Positions 1 to 13,112 of a DNA stretch of 64,000 nt are shown piece after piece (position 1 is the stretch's first letter; each line of letters opens with the position of its first letter). The DNA is taken from the NCBI RefSeq assembly GCF_963921235.1, contig NC_086097.1, forward strand, positions 231,572,001 to 231,636,000, read 5' to 3'. The DNA is from Mobula hypostoma. Taxonomy: Eukaryota. The notes under the pieces are model-generated. The model made no database searches and was not told the origin of the DNA. It was given only the letters and a program-made list of their open reading frames with translations. Position numbers and translations under genes: made by a program.

Positions 1-1740
1 GGGGAAGGGGAAAGATTGTGATGATGAGTTGTAACCAAGTAGATTTGAGGGAAATCATAATTCACAAACTTGGCTCTGTTTCTTACAAAAAGATTGTCAA
101 ATAACTTCACATTTAGGTGAAACGTACTTCACAACTGTAAATTTTTGTTCATTTTCTACTCTGCAACTTATGCTGTACTGATTGCAATTGCAGGTTTGTT
201 TTGCCTCATAAGCTATTTACTAGCAGTGAAATACACCAAGAACTAAGGATAACTGCTTCGTGATCATTTAGAATTTTGCCTAAGGATTTGATGCTGTAGT
301 TTTTTTGTGTTAGTTGCTTATACTTTGGAATTTCATACATGATTAGCATTAATTTTGTGACAGAATGAACTTGCGTGTAAAGTTGTTAAGTCGTTAACTT
401 ACTGCCTATTGATTATGTTATGTATAGTAATAATGTTGTTTTTGTAGCATTCATGCAAATTGCCTGAAAATACTTGTTTTTGCCAAATATTTAAACATTC
501 AAAAGCTAATTACTAGTGGATAAGTTGACATTTTGAATTTATTTCTACCCTTTTGTTAACTGCCTTGTTTGTCTCTGTTTTGAAAAGAAATTTGTCTGCT
601 TTTAAAGCAGTGTTTCCTTCATGAATTAAATTTCCTCTGTCTTATTCCTTGCAACATTAATGTAGTGGGTTAGGACTGGGAATTAAAGAACTTCGCCTTC
701 TATGAGGTAAATTCTGACCAAACTGTCTCACTGCTCATTGTTTTTGCTATGTTGTTTAGTGTCTGAACTGTGCTTCTTAATGAAAATTGCACAACCAGGT
801 CAAAGCTTTAGAAATAAAATGTCATTTATATCTTTTGGTTAACCTGCCTGATTTTTAAAAACCAAGGAGGAAGAACATTTGAATCATAACTTGGGCACAA
901 CACTTATCCATCATTCGCAGTAGTAGTGAGGTTGGGGATGGCATTAAACAGGAAATTAGAAATGCGTGCAATAAAGGAACAGCAATTATAATGGGTGACT
1001 TCAATCTACATATAGATTGGGTAAACCAAATTGGTAAGGGTGCTGAGGAAGAGGATTTCTTGGAATGTATGTGAGATGGCTTTCTGAACCAACATGTGGA
1101 GGCCATTCTAGACTGGGTATTGAGCAATGAGGAAGGGTTAGTTAGCAATCATGTCGTGAGAGGCCCCTAGGGTAAGAGTGACCATAATATGGTGGAATTC
1201 TTCATTAAAATGGAGAGTGACATAGTTAATTCAGAAACAAAGGTTCTGAACTTAAAGAAGGGTAACTTTGAAGGTATGAGGTGTGAATTAGCTAAGATAG
1301 ACTGGCAAATGATACTTAAAGGGTTGATGGTGGATATGCAATGGCAAGCATTTAAAGATCGCATGGATGAACTACAACAATTGTTCATCCCAGTTTGGCA
1401 AAAGAATTAAACCAGGGAAGGTAGTGCACCCGTGGCTGACAAGGGAAATTAAGGATAGTATCAATTCCAAAGAAGAAACATACAAATTAGCCAGTAAAAG
1501 TGGCTCACCTGAGGACTGGGAGAAATTCAGAGTCCAGCAGAGGAGGACAAAGGGCTTAATTAGGAAGGGGAAAAAAGATTATGAGAGAAAGCTGGCTGGA
1601 AACATAAAAACTGACTGTAAAAGGTTTTATAGATATGTGAAAAGAAAAAGATCGTTTAAGACAAATGTAAGTCCCTTACAGTCAGAAACAGGTGAATTGA
1701 TCATGGGAAACAAGGACGTGGCAGACCAATTGAATAACTA

Positions 1741-1820
1741 ACAACAGGTATTCCGCAGATGCTGGAAATTCAAGCAATGCTGCCTGGCCTGCTGCGTTCA
1801 CCAGCAACTTTGATGTGTGT
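1741..1820. mobile_element. 80-bp Penelope-terminus-derived insertion with internal inversion
   Basis: 14-bp TSD CAATTGAATAACTA at 1727-1740 and 1821-1834; first half matches 4204-4235 forward, second half matches 4235-4278 in reverse complement. Confidence 0.85.
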
Positions 1821-2331
1821 CAATTGAATAACTACTTTGGTTCTGTCTTCACTAAGGAGGACATAAATAATCTTCCGGAAATAGGGGACCGAGGGTCTAT
1901 TGAGATGGAGGAACTGAGGGAAACACATGTTAGTAGGGAAGTGGTGTTAGGTAAATTGAAGGGATTAAAGGCAGATTAATCCCCAGGGCCAGATGTTCTG
2001 TATCCCAGAGTGCTTAAGGAAGTAGCCCAAGAAATAGTGGATGCATTAGTGATAATTTTTCAAAACTCTTTAGATTCTGAATTAGTTCCTGAGGATTGGA
2101 GGGTAGCTAATGTAACCCCGCTTTGTAAAAAAGGAGGGAGAGAGAAACCGGGGAATTATGGACCGGTTAGCCTAACATCGGTGGTGGGGAAAATGCTAGA
2201 GTCAGTTATCAAAGATGTGATAACAGCACATTTGGAAAGCGGTGAAATCATCGGACAAAGTCAGCATGGATTTGTGAAAGGAAAGTCATGTCTGACGAAT
2301 CTCAGAATTTTTTGAGGATGTAACTAGTAGA

Positions 2332-3462
2332 GTGGATAGGGGAGGACCAGTGGATGTGGTATATTTGGATTTTCAAAAGGCTTTTGACAAGGTCCCACAC
2401 AGGAGATTAGTGTGCAAGCTTAAAGCACACAGTATTGGGGGTATGGTATTGATGTGGATAGAGAATTGGTTGGCAGATAGGAAGCAAAGAGTGGGAATAA
2501 ACGGGACCTTTTCAGAATGGCAGGCAGTGACTAATGGGGTACCGCAAGGCTCAGTGCTGGGACCCCAGTTGTTTACAATATATATTAATGACTTAGACGA
2601 GGGAATTAAATGCAGTATCTCCAAGTTTGCAGATGACACGAAGCTGGGCGGCAGTGTTAGCTGTGAGGAAGATGCTAAGAGAATGCAGGGTGACTTGGAT
2701 AGGTTAGGTGAGTGGGCAAATTCATGGCAGATGCAATTTAATGGGGATAAATGTGAGCTTATCCACTTTGGTGGCAAAAACAGGAAAACAGATTATTACC
2801 TGAACGGTGGCCGATTAGGAAAAGGGGAGGTGCAACGAAACCTGGGTGTCATTGTACACCAGTCATTGAAAGTGGGCATGCAGGTACAGCAGGCGGTGAA
2901 GGCGAATGGTATGCTGGTATTCATAGCAAGAGGATCTGAGTACAGGAGCAGGGAGATACTACTGCAGTTGTACAAGGCATTGGTGAGACCACATCTGGAG
3001 TATTGTGTGCAGTTTTGGTCCCCTAATCTGAGGAAAGACATCCTTGCCATAGAGGGAGTACAAAGAAGGTTCACCAGATTGATTCCTGGGATGGCAGAAC
3101 TTTCATATGATGAAAGACTGGATCGACTAGGCTTATACTCGCTGGAATTTAGAAGGTTGAGGGGGGATCTTATTGAAACGTATAAAATTCTAAAGGGATT
3201 GGACAGGCTAGATGCAGGAAGATTGTTCCTGATGTTGGGGAAGTCCAGAATGAGGGGTCACAGTTTAAGGATAAAGGGGAAGCCTTTTAGGACCAAGATG
3301 AGGAAAAACTTCTTCACACAGAGAGTGGTGAATCTGTGGAATTCTCTGCCACAGGAAACAGTTGAGGCCAGTTCATTGGCTATATTTAAGAGGGAGTTAG
3401 ATATGGCCCTTGTGGCTAATGGGATCAATGGGTATGGAGAGAAGGCAGGTACAGGGTTCTGA
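2332..3462 (+). pseudogene. CR1 reverse transcriptase C-terminal segment (376 aa open, upstream frameshifted)
   Basis: RT motifs [21 protein letters not shown] in the ORF track; frameshift near 2310. Confidence 0.9.
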
Positions 3463-4199
3463 GTTGGATGATCAGCCATGATCATACTGAATGGCGGTGC
3501 AGGTTCGAAGGGCCGAATGGCCTACGCCACCTATTTTCTATGTTTCACCATATAGGATTAGTAAATAGTCTTGCAGTTCACTTAAAACAGTAGAAGAAAT
3601 GCATACTATTGCAGACCATTACATTGAGGTAAATTATGTTTAATTTCAAATAGAATGCAATTATGAATAGCAACACACACAAAATGCTGCAGGAACTCAG
3701 CAGGCCAGGCAGTGTCTATGGAAAAGAGGACCATCAACTTTTCGGGCTGAGACCCTTCATTGGGACTGGAAAAGAAGGAGGAAGAAGTCAGACCAAGAAG
3801 GTGGGTGAGTAAAAAATACAAGGTGGCAAATGATAGGTGAAACCAGGGGAGGGGGTAAAGTGAAGAGCTGGGAAGCTGATTGGTGAAAGAGATAAATGGC
3901 TGGAGAAGGGGAAATCTGATAAGAGAGGACAGAAGACCATGGAAGAAAAGGAAGGGGAGGAGAACCAGAGGGCAGGTAAGCAGATAAAGTGAGAGAGAAA
4001 CAGTGAAGGATGTGGGGGGTGGGGAGCAATTACCAGAAGTTGGAAAAATCCATGTCTGTGCCATCAGGTTGGTGGCTACTCAGACGGAATATAGTGTTGA
4101 ACTTCCAACCTGAGTGTGGCATCATCGTAGCTCTAGAAGTGGCCATGGACTGACATGTCGATATGGGAAGTAAAGTTGAAATAAGTACCCACTAGGAGA

Positions 4200-4718
4200 C
4201 TCAAGGAAATCTGCAGATGCTGGAATTTCAAGCAACACACATAAAGATTGTTGGTGAATTCAGCAGGCCAGGCAGCATCTATGGGAAGAGGTACAGTCAA
4301 CATTTCGGGCCGAGACCCTTCGTCAGGACTAACCGAAAGAAGAGATGGTAAGAGATTGGGGAGGGGGAGGGGGAGATGATAGGAGAAGACAGGAGGGGGA
4401 GGGATGGAGCCAAGAGCTGGACAGTTGATTGGCAAAAGGGATGTGAGAGGATCATGGGACAGGAGGCCTAGGGAGAAAAAAGAGGGGGGGGGCCCAGAGG
4501 ATGGGCAAGGAGTGAGAGGGATGGAGGGAGAAAAAGGAGAAAGAGAGAAAAAAATTAATAATAATAAATAAGTAATGGATGGGGTACGAAGGGGAGGGGG
4601 GGCATTAACAGAAGTTAGAGCAGTCAATGTTCATGCCATCAGGTTGGAGAATACCCAGATGGAATATAAGGTGTTGTTCCTCCAACCTGAGTGTGTCTTC
4701 ATCTTGACAGTAGAGGAT
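4200..4718 (-). mobile_element. Younger Penelope family A 3' terminal fragment nested in the older copy
   Basis: 11-bp TSD CCACTAGGAGA at 4189-4199 and 4719-4729; minus strand encodes RLEEQHLIFHLGILQPDGMNID (endonuclease C-terminus). Confidence 0.85.
4295..4330 (-). ncRNA. Minimal type-I hammerhead ribozyme motif (Penelope terminus)
   Basis: Minus strand AGTC-CTGACGA-AGGGTCTCGGCCC-GAAAT-GTT-GACT: stem I AGTC/GACT, CUGANGA core, stem II GGG/CCC, GAAA, NUH. Confidence 0.7.
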
Positions 4719-5235
4719 CCACTAGGAGATCCTGCTTTTTCTGGCGGACAGAACGAAGGTGCTCGGCAAAGTAGTTACCCAATCTACATCAGGTCTCACT
4801 GATTATACAGGAGGCCACACTAGAAGCACTGAACACAGTATATGACCTCAACAGACTCACAGATGAAGTGTCACCTCAACCGCAAGGATATTTTTGGGCC
4901 CTGCACGAGGAGGTGTAGAGGCAGGTATGGCACTTGTTCCGCATGCAAGGATAAGTACTAGGAGGGAGATCAGTGGGGAGGGAGGAATGGACAAGGGAGT
5001 TGTGTCAAATTGAAGTTGCTTAGGGAGCAATTCCTGTGGAAAGTGGGTTGGGGGGGTGGGGGGAAAGATGTGCTTGTTTGGGTCCCAGTGGAGATGGCGG
5101 AAGTTACAGAGAATTAAGTGGAGACTAGTGGGGTGGTAGGTGAGAACAAGAGGAACCCTATCCCTGGTGGGGTGGCAGGAGGATGGGGTTGAGGGCAGAT
5201 GTGCACAAAATGGAAACGATGCAGTTGATGGTGGA

Positions 5236-7690
5236 GGATTCCATCATCCAAATTGTTGACATACGGAAAGAGCAGTCAGTCCCAACGTGACCACTGCAGA
5301 ACACCACTAATCACCAGCAACCAGCCAAGGAAAGGTTCCCTTTATTCCTACTCTTTGGCTCCTGCCAGTTAGCTAGTTTTCTATTCATGCACAAACGAAA
5401 AAATCTGCAGATGCTGGAAATCCAAGCAACACACTCAAAATGTCAGAGGAACATTTTGTGTGTGTTTGTATTCATGCATGTATATTTTCTGTAATACCAT
5501 GGGCTCTTGTTAAGCAGCTTCATGTGGCACCCTGTCAAAGGCCTTCCGAAAAAGTACACAAAATCCATCGACTCTCCTTTGTCTATATCGCTTGTTATTT
5601 CTAGAGAATTCCAACAGATTTGTTAGACAAGATTTCTTGAGGAAACCTTGCTGACTTTGGCCTATTTTATCATGTACTTCTAAGTATCCCAAAGACTCAT
5701 CCTTAAATTGGACTCCGAATATTTTCCTGATCACTGAAGCCAGGCTTTCTTCTGCCTTCACAAAGAATGGAGTGACATTTGCAAATTTCCAGTCTGTTGG
5801 AACCATTCCAGAATCTAGTGATTCTTGAAAGATCATTACTAATGCCTCCACAATCTCTTCTACCTCTTTCAGAACACTGGGGTGTAGTCCATCTGTTCCA
5901 GGCAACTTAACTACATTAAGAACTTTCAACTTTCCAAGTACAGTCTCCTTGGTAACAGCAACTACACTCACTTCTGCTCCCTGACACTCTTGAATTTCTG
6001 GCATACTGCTAGTCTCCCACAGTGATGACTGACCCAAAATACATACATCCGCCATTTCTTTGTTCTTCCCCCTGTGCCGTGCTCCCCCCCTCCCCCCAAT
6101 TCCAACTCCAGCTTCATCTCCAGTGGTTCGGTATCCACTCTCACCTCTCTAACTCTATATATCTGAAATACTTCTATTATACTTTTTTTATATGATTGCC
6201 TACCCTACCTTCATATTTTGACTTTTCTCTCCTTATGGCTGATTCAGCTGTGTTCCGTTGGTTTTTAAAAGCTTCTCAATCCTCTAACTTTTCACTAATT
6301 TTTGCCATTTTGTTTGCCCATCTCTTTTTCTTATATCCTGTCTAACTTCCTTAGTCAGCCATGGTTGCCTCATCTACCCTTTGGAATACTATTTCATTTT
6401 TGGGTTGTATCTATCTGAATTGCCCCCAGAAACTCCAGACATTTCTGTTCTGCCATCATTCCTGATGGTGTCCCCTTCCAACTAACTTTGGCCAACTCCT
6501 CTCTCGTGCCTTTGTAATTCTTTTTACTGTACGTCTGACTTTATCTTCTCCATCTCGAATTGCAAGGTGAATTCTATCATATTATGATCTCTGCCTCCAA
6601 GGGTTTCTTTACCTTAAGCTCTCTAATCAAATCTGGTTCATTACACAACATCCAGTCCAGAATAGCCTTTCCCCTAATAGGCTAAAGCACAAGCTGCTCT
6701 TAAAAAAAAACATCTGATAGGCATTCTACAAATTTCCTCTCTTGTGATCCAGCACCAACCCAATTTTCCAATCTACTCCATAATGAAATCCTCCATGACT
6801 ATTGTAACATTGCCAATTTTCCATTCCTTTTTAATCTCCTGTTGTAATACTTATCCCACATCTTGGCTCCTGTTCAGATACCTGTACATAACTCCTTTTC
6901 ACCCTTGCAATTTCTTAACTTGTCCACAAGGTTTCTACATCCTCTGATCCTATATCATCTCTTCCTAAGGATTTGACTTTGTTTTTTACCAACAGAACCA
7001 CCTTTGTCCACCTGCCTGTCTTTTTGATATAATGTGTATCATTGAATGTTATGCTCCCAACTATGATCTTTGAGCCATGACTCAGTGATGCCCAAATCGC
7101 CATACCTGCCAATTTCTTAACTGCACTGCACGATCATCTGACTTATTCCACATACTGCATGCATTCAAAATGTAATGCCTTCAGTCCTGTTTCAGTCACC
7201 CTTTCAGATTTTGCTCCCATGTTACATTTCAACTCATCCCACTGACGGCAATTTAGCTCAATCAACTGCTTGTCTTTCCTCTCAGTTACTACATTCTGCA
7301 TCTACTTGTATACCAACTTTCCCCTCCTCAGCCCTATCACTCCAGTTGTCATCCCCCTGCCAAATTCGTTTAAGCCCTCCCCAACAACTCTAGCAAACCT
7401 GCAAGGATATTGGTCCTTCTTGGGTTTAGGTGTAACCAGTCCTTTTGGACCAGGTCATGAGCTCCCCGTGATCCAGAAATGTGAAACCCTGGCACCTGCA
7501 CAATTCCTCAGCCAAACATTAATCTGTTAAATCATCCTATTCTTATCCTCACTGGCAGTAATCCAGAGATTACTACCCTGGAGGTTCTGCTTTTCAGCTT
7601 TTTAACCTAACTCCCTATATTATCTCTTGACAATTTCCCCCCTTTTCCTACCTATGTCATTGGTAACCAGTATGGATCATGACTTCTGGA
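5236..7690 (-). mobile_element. Degenerate CR1 LINE (ORF1 end to mid-RT)
   Basis: ORF 5510-6055 (GTDGLHPSVLKE, DWKFANVTP, SCLTNLLEF, KAFDRVPH); remainder resembles other CR1 copies in the window. Confidence 0.85.
5392..5468. mobile_element. 77-bp Penelope-terminus-derived insertion
   Basis: 10-bp TSD TATTCATGCA at 5382-5391 and 5469-5478; contains 'aaatctgcagatgctggaaatccaagcaacacac' and a short inverted end. Confidence 0.75.
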
Positions 7691-7806
7691 TTCTAATTGA
7701 GACCAAAACTGCACAAAGTACATGAAAGTGATCTCACTAAAGCCTACAAAGTAAAATGCTGTTCATCATGTCCTACAAGGCCTTCGCAATAGAAGTCAAC
7801 ATTTCG

Positions 7807-8035
7807 TAAGAAATAGGAGCAGGAGTCGGCCATCTGGCCCATCGAGCCTGCTCTGCCATTCAATAAGATCATGGCTGATCTGGCCAAGGACTCATCTCCA
7901 CCTGCCTGCCTTTTCCCCATAACCCTTAATTCCTCTACTGTGCAAAAATCTATCCAACCTTGTCTTAAATATACTTACTGAGGTAGCCTCCACTGCTTCA
8001 CTGGGCAGAGAATTCCACAGATTCATCACTCTCTG
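7807..8035 (-). mobile_element. CR1 3'-end fragment
   Basis: Reverse complement resembles 3320-3546 (gaattccacagattca, gatcatggctgatc). Confidence 0.85.
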
Positions 8036-8763
8036 TGCCTTTGCCTGTAGGTAAATGTGATTTCATTTGCTGTGCCTGTACGTAAATGTGATTTTATTTA
8101 CATGGGCATCCTAATCTCTTTGGTCAATTAAACTGCAATGAATAGTATTATTTTTCTATACTTTTTAAGTATAGAAGTAACAAAAGTCTCCTTCTCATTA
8201 TACACTATTTGTCACCTTTCTGCCTCTCACTTTGACTTGTGCTCAATTTGTAATCATAATAGGCACATCATAATTGTTTGTAGGGAGTTTGGGGAGATTT
8301 GGCATGTCAACAAATACACTCAAAAACTTCTATGATTGTACCATGGAGAGCATTCTGACAGGCGGCATCACTGTCTAGTATGGGGGGGCTACTGCACAGG
8401 ACCAAAAGAAACTGCAGAAGGTTGTAAATCTGGTCAGCTCCATCTTGGGTACCAGCCTGCAAAATACCCAGGACATCTTTAGGGAGCTGTGTCTCAGAAA
8501 GGCAGCGTCCATTATTAAAGACCTCCAGCACCAAGGGCATGCTCCTTTCTTACTGTTACCATCAGGTAGAAGGTATAGAGGCCTGAAGGCAGGCACACAG
8601 TGATTCAGGAACAGCTTCTTCCCCTCTGCCATCTGATTTCTAAATGGAAATTGAATCTTTGGACACTACCTCACTTTTTTTTAATATACAGTATTTCTGT
8701 CTTTTTTTCCAAGTTCTTTTAGTCCATTCAATATATGTAATTGATTTACTTGTTATTTATTAA

Positions 8764-11700
8764 TCATATAACCATATAACAATTACAGCACGGAAACTGG
8801 CCATCTTGGCCCTTCTAGTCCGTGCCGAACTCTTACTCTCACCTAGTCCCACCGACCTGCACCTAGCCCATAACCCTCCATTCCTTTCCTGTCCATATAG
8901 CTATCCAATTTAACTTTAAATGACAACATTGAACCTGGCTCAACCATTTCTGCTGAAAGCTCATTCCACACAGCTACCACTCTCTGAGTAAAGAAGTTTC
9001 CTCTCCTTTAACTCTCAACTCATGTCCTCTTGTTTGAATCTTCCCCCACTCTCAATGGAAAAAGCCTATCCACGTCAACTCTATCTATCCCCCTCATAAT
9101 TTTAAATACCTCTATCAAGTCCCCCCTCAACCTTCTATACTCCAAAGAATAAAGACCCAACTTGATCAACCTTTCTCTGTAACTTAGGAGATGAAACCCA
9201 GGTAACATTCTAGTAAATCTTCTCTGTACTCTCTCAATTTTGTTGACATCTTTCCCACAATTCGGTGACCAGAACTGTACACAATACTCCAAATTTGGCC
9301 TTACCAATGCCTTGTACAATTTCAACATTACATCCCAACTCCTACACTCATGCTCTGATTTATAAAGGCCAGCATACCAAAAGCTTTCTCCACCACCCTA
9401 ACCACATGAGATTCCACCTTCAGGGAACTATGCACCATTATTCCTAGATCCCTCTGTTCTACTGCATTCTTCAATGCCCTACCATTTACCATGTATGTCC
9501 TATTTTGATTAGTCCTACCAAAATGTAGCACCTCACATTTATCAGCATTAAACTCCATCTGCCATCTTTCAGCCCACTCTTCTAACTGACCTAAATCTCT
9601 CTGCAAGCTTTGAAAACCTACTTCATTATCCACAACTCCAGCTATCTTAGTATCGTCTGCATACTTACTAATCCAATTTACCACCCCTTCATCCAGATCG
9701 TTAATATATATGACAAACAACATTGGACCCAGTACAGATCCCTGAGGCACACCACTAGACTCCGGCCTCCAACCTGACAAACAGTTATCCACCACTACTC
9801 TCTGGCGTCTCCCATCCAGCCACTGCTGAATTCATTTTACTACTTCAATATTAATACCTAATGATTGAACCTTTCTAACTAACCTTCCGTGTGGAACCTT
9901 GTCAAAGGCCTTACTGAAGTCCATATAGATAACATCCACCGCTTTACCCTTGTCAACTTTCCTGATAACCTCTTCAAAAAATTCAATATGATTTGTCAAA
10001 CATGACCTTCCGCGCACAAATCCATGTTGACTGTTCCTAATCAGACCCTGTCTATCCGGGTAATTATATATACCATCTCTAAGAATACTTCCCATAAATT
10101 TACCCACCACTGACGTCAAACTCACAGGCCGATAGTTGCTAAGTTTACTCTTAGAACCCTTTTTAAACAATGGAACAACATGAGCAATACGTCAATCCTC
10201 CAGTACCATCCCTGTTTCTAATGACATTTGAAATATTTCTGTCAGAGCCCCTGCTATTTCCACACTAACTTCCCTCAAGGTCCTAGGGAATATCCTGTCA
10301 GGACTCGGAGACTTATCCACTTTTATATTCCTTAAAAATGCCAGTACTTCCTCTTCTTTAATAATCATAGTTTGCATAACTACCCTACTTGTTTCCCTTA
10401 CCTTACACAATTCAATATCCTTCTCCTTACTGAATACCGAAGAAAAGAAATAGTTCAGAATCTCACCCATCTCTTTATGCTCCGCACATAGCCGTCCACT
10501 CTAAGGGACCAATTTTAACCCTCACTATCCCTGGTATCATGGATTCTTGATTACCTGACTGGCAGACCACAGTACGTGTGCTTGCAACACTGTGTGTCCG
10601 ACAGAGTGATCAGCAGCACTGGGGCTCCACAGGGGACTGTCTTGTCTCCCTTTCTCTTCACCATTTACACCTCGGACTTCAACTACTGCACAGAGTCCTG
10701 TCATCTTCAGAAGTTTCCCGATGATTCTGCCATTGTTGGATGCATCAGCAAGGGAGATGAGGTTGAGTACAGGGCTATGGTAGGAAACTTTGTCCCATGG
10801 TGTGAGCAGAATTATCTGCAGTTTAAGGACTAAGACTAAGGAGCTAGTGGTAGACCTGAGGAGAGCTAAGTTACTGGTGACCCCTGTTTCCATCCAGGGG
10901 GTCAGTGTGGACATGGTGGAGGATTACAAATACCTGGGGATACGAATTGACAATAAACTGGACTGGTCTAAAAACACTGAGGCTGTCTATAAGAAGTGTC
11001 AGAGCTGTCTCTATTTCCTGAGGAGACTGAGGTCCTTTAACTTCTGCCGGACAATGCTGAGGATGTTCTACGAGTCTGTGGTGGCCAGTGCTATCATGTT
11101 TGCTGTTGTGTGCTGGGGCAGCAGACTGAGGGTAGCAGACACCAACAGAATCAACAAACTCATTCGTAAGACCAGTGACGTTGTGGGGATGGAACTGGAC
11201 TCTCTCACGGTGGTGTCTGAAAAGAGGATGCTGTCTAGGTTGCATGCCATCTTGGTCAATGTCTCCCATCCACTACCTAATGTACTGGGTGGGCACAGGA
11301 GTACATTCAGCCAGAGACTCATTCCCCTGAGATGCAGCACAAAGCGTCATAGGAAGTCATTCCTGCCTGTGTCCATCAAACTTTACAACTCCTCCCTTGG
11401 AGGGTCAGATACCCTGAGCTGGTCCTGGACTTATGTCATAATTTACTGGCATAACTTACATATTACTATGTAACTATTACTATTTTCTATTACTATTCTA
11501 TTACTATTCATTATTTCCATGACTATTACTATTTACTAATAGTAATATTACTATTACTATTTCTATTACTATTTATTATTTATGGTGCAACTGTAACGAA
11601 AACCAATTTCCCCTGAGATCAATAAAGTATGACTATGACTTTGCTATTAATTGTAGAAAGCCTTTGGATTTATTTTCACCTTACTTGCCAAAGCAACCTC

Positions 11701-12640
11701 ATATCTTCTTTTAGCTTTTCTAATTTCTTTCTTAAGATTCTTTTTACATTCTTTATATTCCTCAAGCATCTCATTAACTCCAAGCTGCCTATATTTATTG
11801 TAGATCTCTCTCTTTTTCCGAACCAAGTTTCCAATATCCCTTGAAAACCATGGCTCTCTCAAACTTTTAACCTTTCCTTTCAACCTAACAGGAACATAAA
11901 GATCCTGTACCCTCAAAAATTCACCTTTAAATGACCTCCATTTCCCTATTACATCCTTCCCAAAAAACAAATTGTCCCAATCCACTCCTTCTAAATCCTT
12001 TTGCATCTCCTCAAAGTTAGCCTTTCTCCAATCAAAAATCTCAACCCTGGGTCCAGTAGTATCCTTCTCCATAATTATATTGAAACTAATAGCATTGTGA
12101 TCACTGGACCCGAAGTGCTCCCCAACACATACCTCCATCACCCGACCTATCTCATTCCCTAACAGGAGATCCCACTGCCCCCTCTCTAGTTGGTACCTCT
12201 ATGTATTGCTGCAAAAACTATCTTGCACCCATTTTACAAACTCCACACCATCCAGCCCTTTTACAGAATGGGTTTCCCAGTCTATGTGTGGAAAATTAAA
12301 ATCTCCCACAATCACAAACTTGTGCTTACTACAAATATTTGCTTCCTTACAAATTTGCTCCTCCAATTCTCACTCCACATTAGATGGTCTATAATACACC
12401 CCTATAAGCGTTGCTACACCTTTCCCATTGCTCAGTTCCACCCAAATAGCCTCCTTAGACAAGTACTCTAATCTATCCTGCCGAAGCACCGCTGTAATAT
12501 TTTCTGCGACAAGCAATGCAACACCTCCCCCTCTTGCCCCTCCGATTCTATCACACCTGAAGCAACGAAATCCAGGAATATTTAGTTGCCAATCACACCC
12601 CTCCTGCAACCATGTTTCACTAATAGCTACAACATCATAT
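8764..12640 (-). mobile_element. CR1 LINE ORF2 (APE plus RT), frameshifted, interrupted by a Rex1-type insertion
   Basis: ORFs 9020-10470 and 11647-12609: [46 protein letters not shown]; (ACCATATA)-like tail at ~8764-8780. Confidence 0.95.
10532..11640 (+). mobile_element. Rex1/Babar-type LINE, 5'-truncated
   Basis: GAPQGTVLSPFLF, KFPDD, KTKELVVD, YKYLG, RLYFLRRL-like motifs; AATAAA followed by (GACTAT)n tail. Confidence 0.9.
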
Positions 12641-13112
12641 TTCTGTTCTTAGTGTTATGTTTTATTTTATTTATTCTTTTGTTTCTCTCTCTGCTAGATT
12701 ATGTATTGCATTGAACTGCTGCTGCTAAGTGAACAAAATTCATGTCACATGCTGGTGATTATAAACCTGATTCTGATTTTGATCCTCATTCTAATTTATT
12801 TAAGTAGTGGTTCACTTTATTTAAGTAGTGAGAACTATTGCTGCCCCTGTTGGTAAAAGGGCCTATTTATTCCGATCTATACCGTCTAAATTCTATTAAC
12901 CAGTTTTCTATCACCACCTATGGCAAAACCCAGCCTGAGTCTTTATGATGTGGATTTCTTCATTGAATGCCTTTTAAGTAATCTAGCTGCATCCCCTGCT
13001 TTCTCCCTTATTGTGCTCCGTAATCATGTCCACTTTGTAAGTAACATCATTAAAAACTTTTCTTGTCAAACCCAAAGTTTCCTCTTCAAGCATCATAATT
13101 GCAACTTCTTAA

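Larger units (their letters stand above)
905..3546 (+). mobile_element. CR1 LINE, 5'-truncated ORF2 (end of APE endonuclease plus RT) with 3' tail
   Basis: ORFs 1189-3462 carry [56 protein letters not shown]1-type 3' end 'gaagggccgaatggcct...ctatgtttc'. Confidence 0.95.
3669..5225 (-). mobile_element. Penelope-like element family A, 3' part (Cys-rich linker, GIY-YIG endonuclease, terminal repeat), degraded
   Basis: Minus-strand translation pieces TYPCMRNKCHTC (~4921-4960), FICESVEVIYCVQC..CGLLY (~4805-4868), then YFNFTSHIDMSVHG; followed by purine/pyrimidine-skewed UTR and terminal repeat with degenerate hammerhead core at ~3732-3768. Confidence 0.8.
8298..12785 (+). mobile_element. Rex1/Babar-type LINE 3' fragment split in two (8298-8762 and 12641-12785) by a CR1 insertion
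   Basis: Colinear with the uninterrupted copy at 52995-53660; tail 'attatgtattgcattgaactgctgctgc...aaacctgattctga' resumes after 12641. Confidence 0.85.

Noticed and set aside
2332..3462. Active or domesticated reverse transcriptase gene
   Set aside because: Upstream part has stops, frameshifts and an 80-bp insertion; the element is 5'-truncated.
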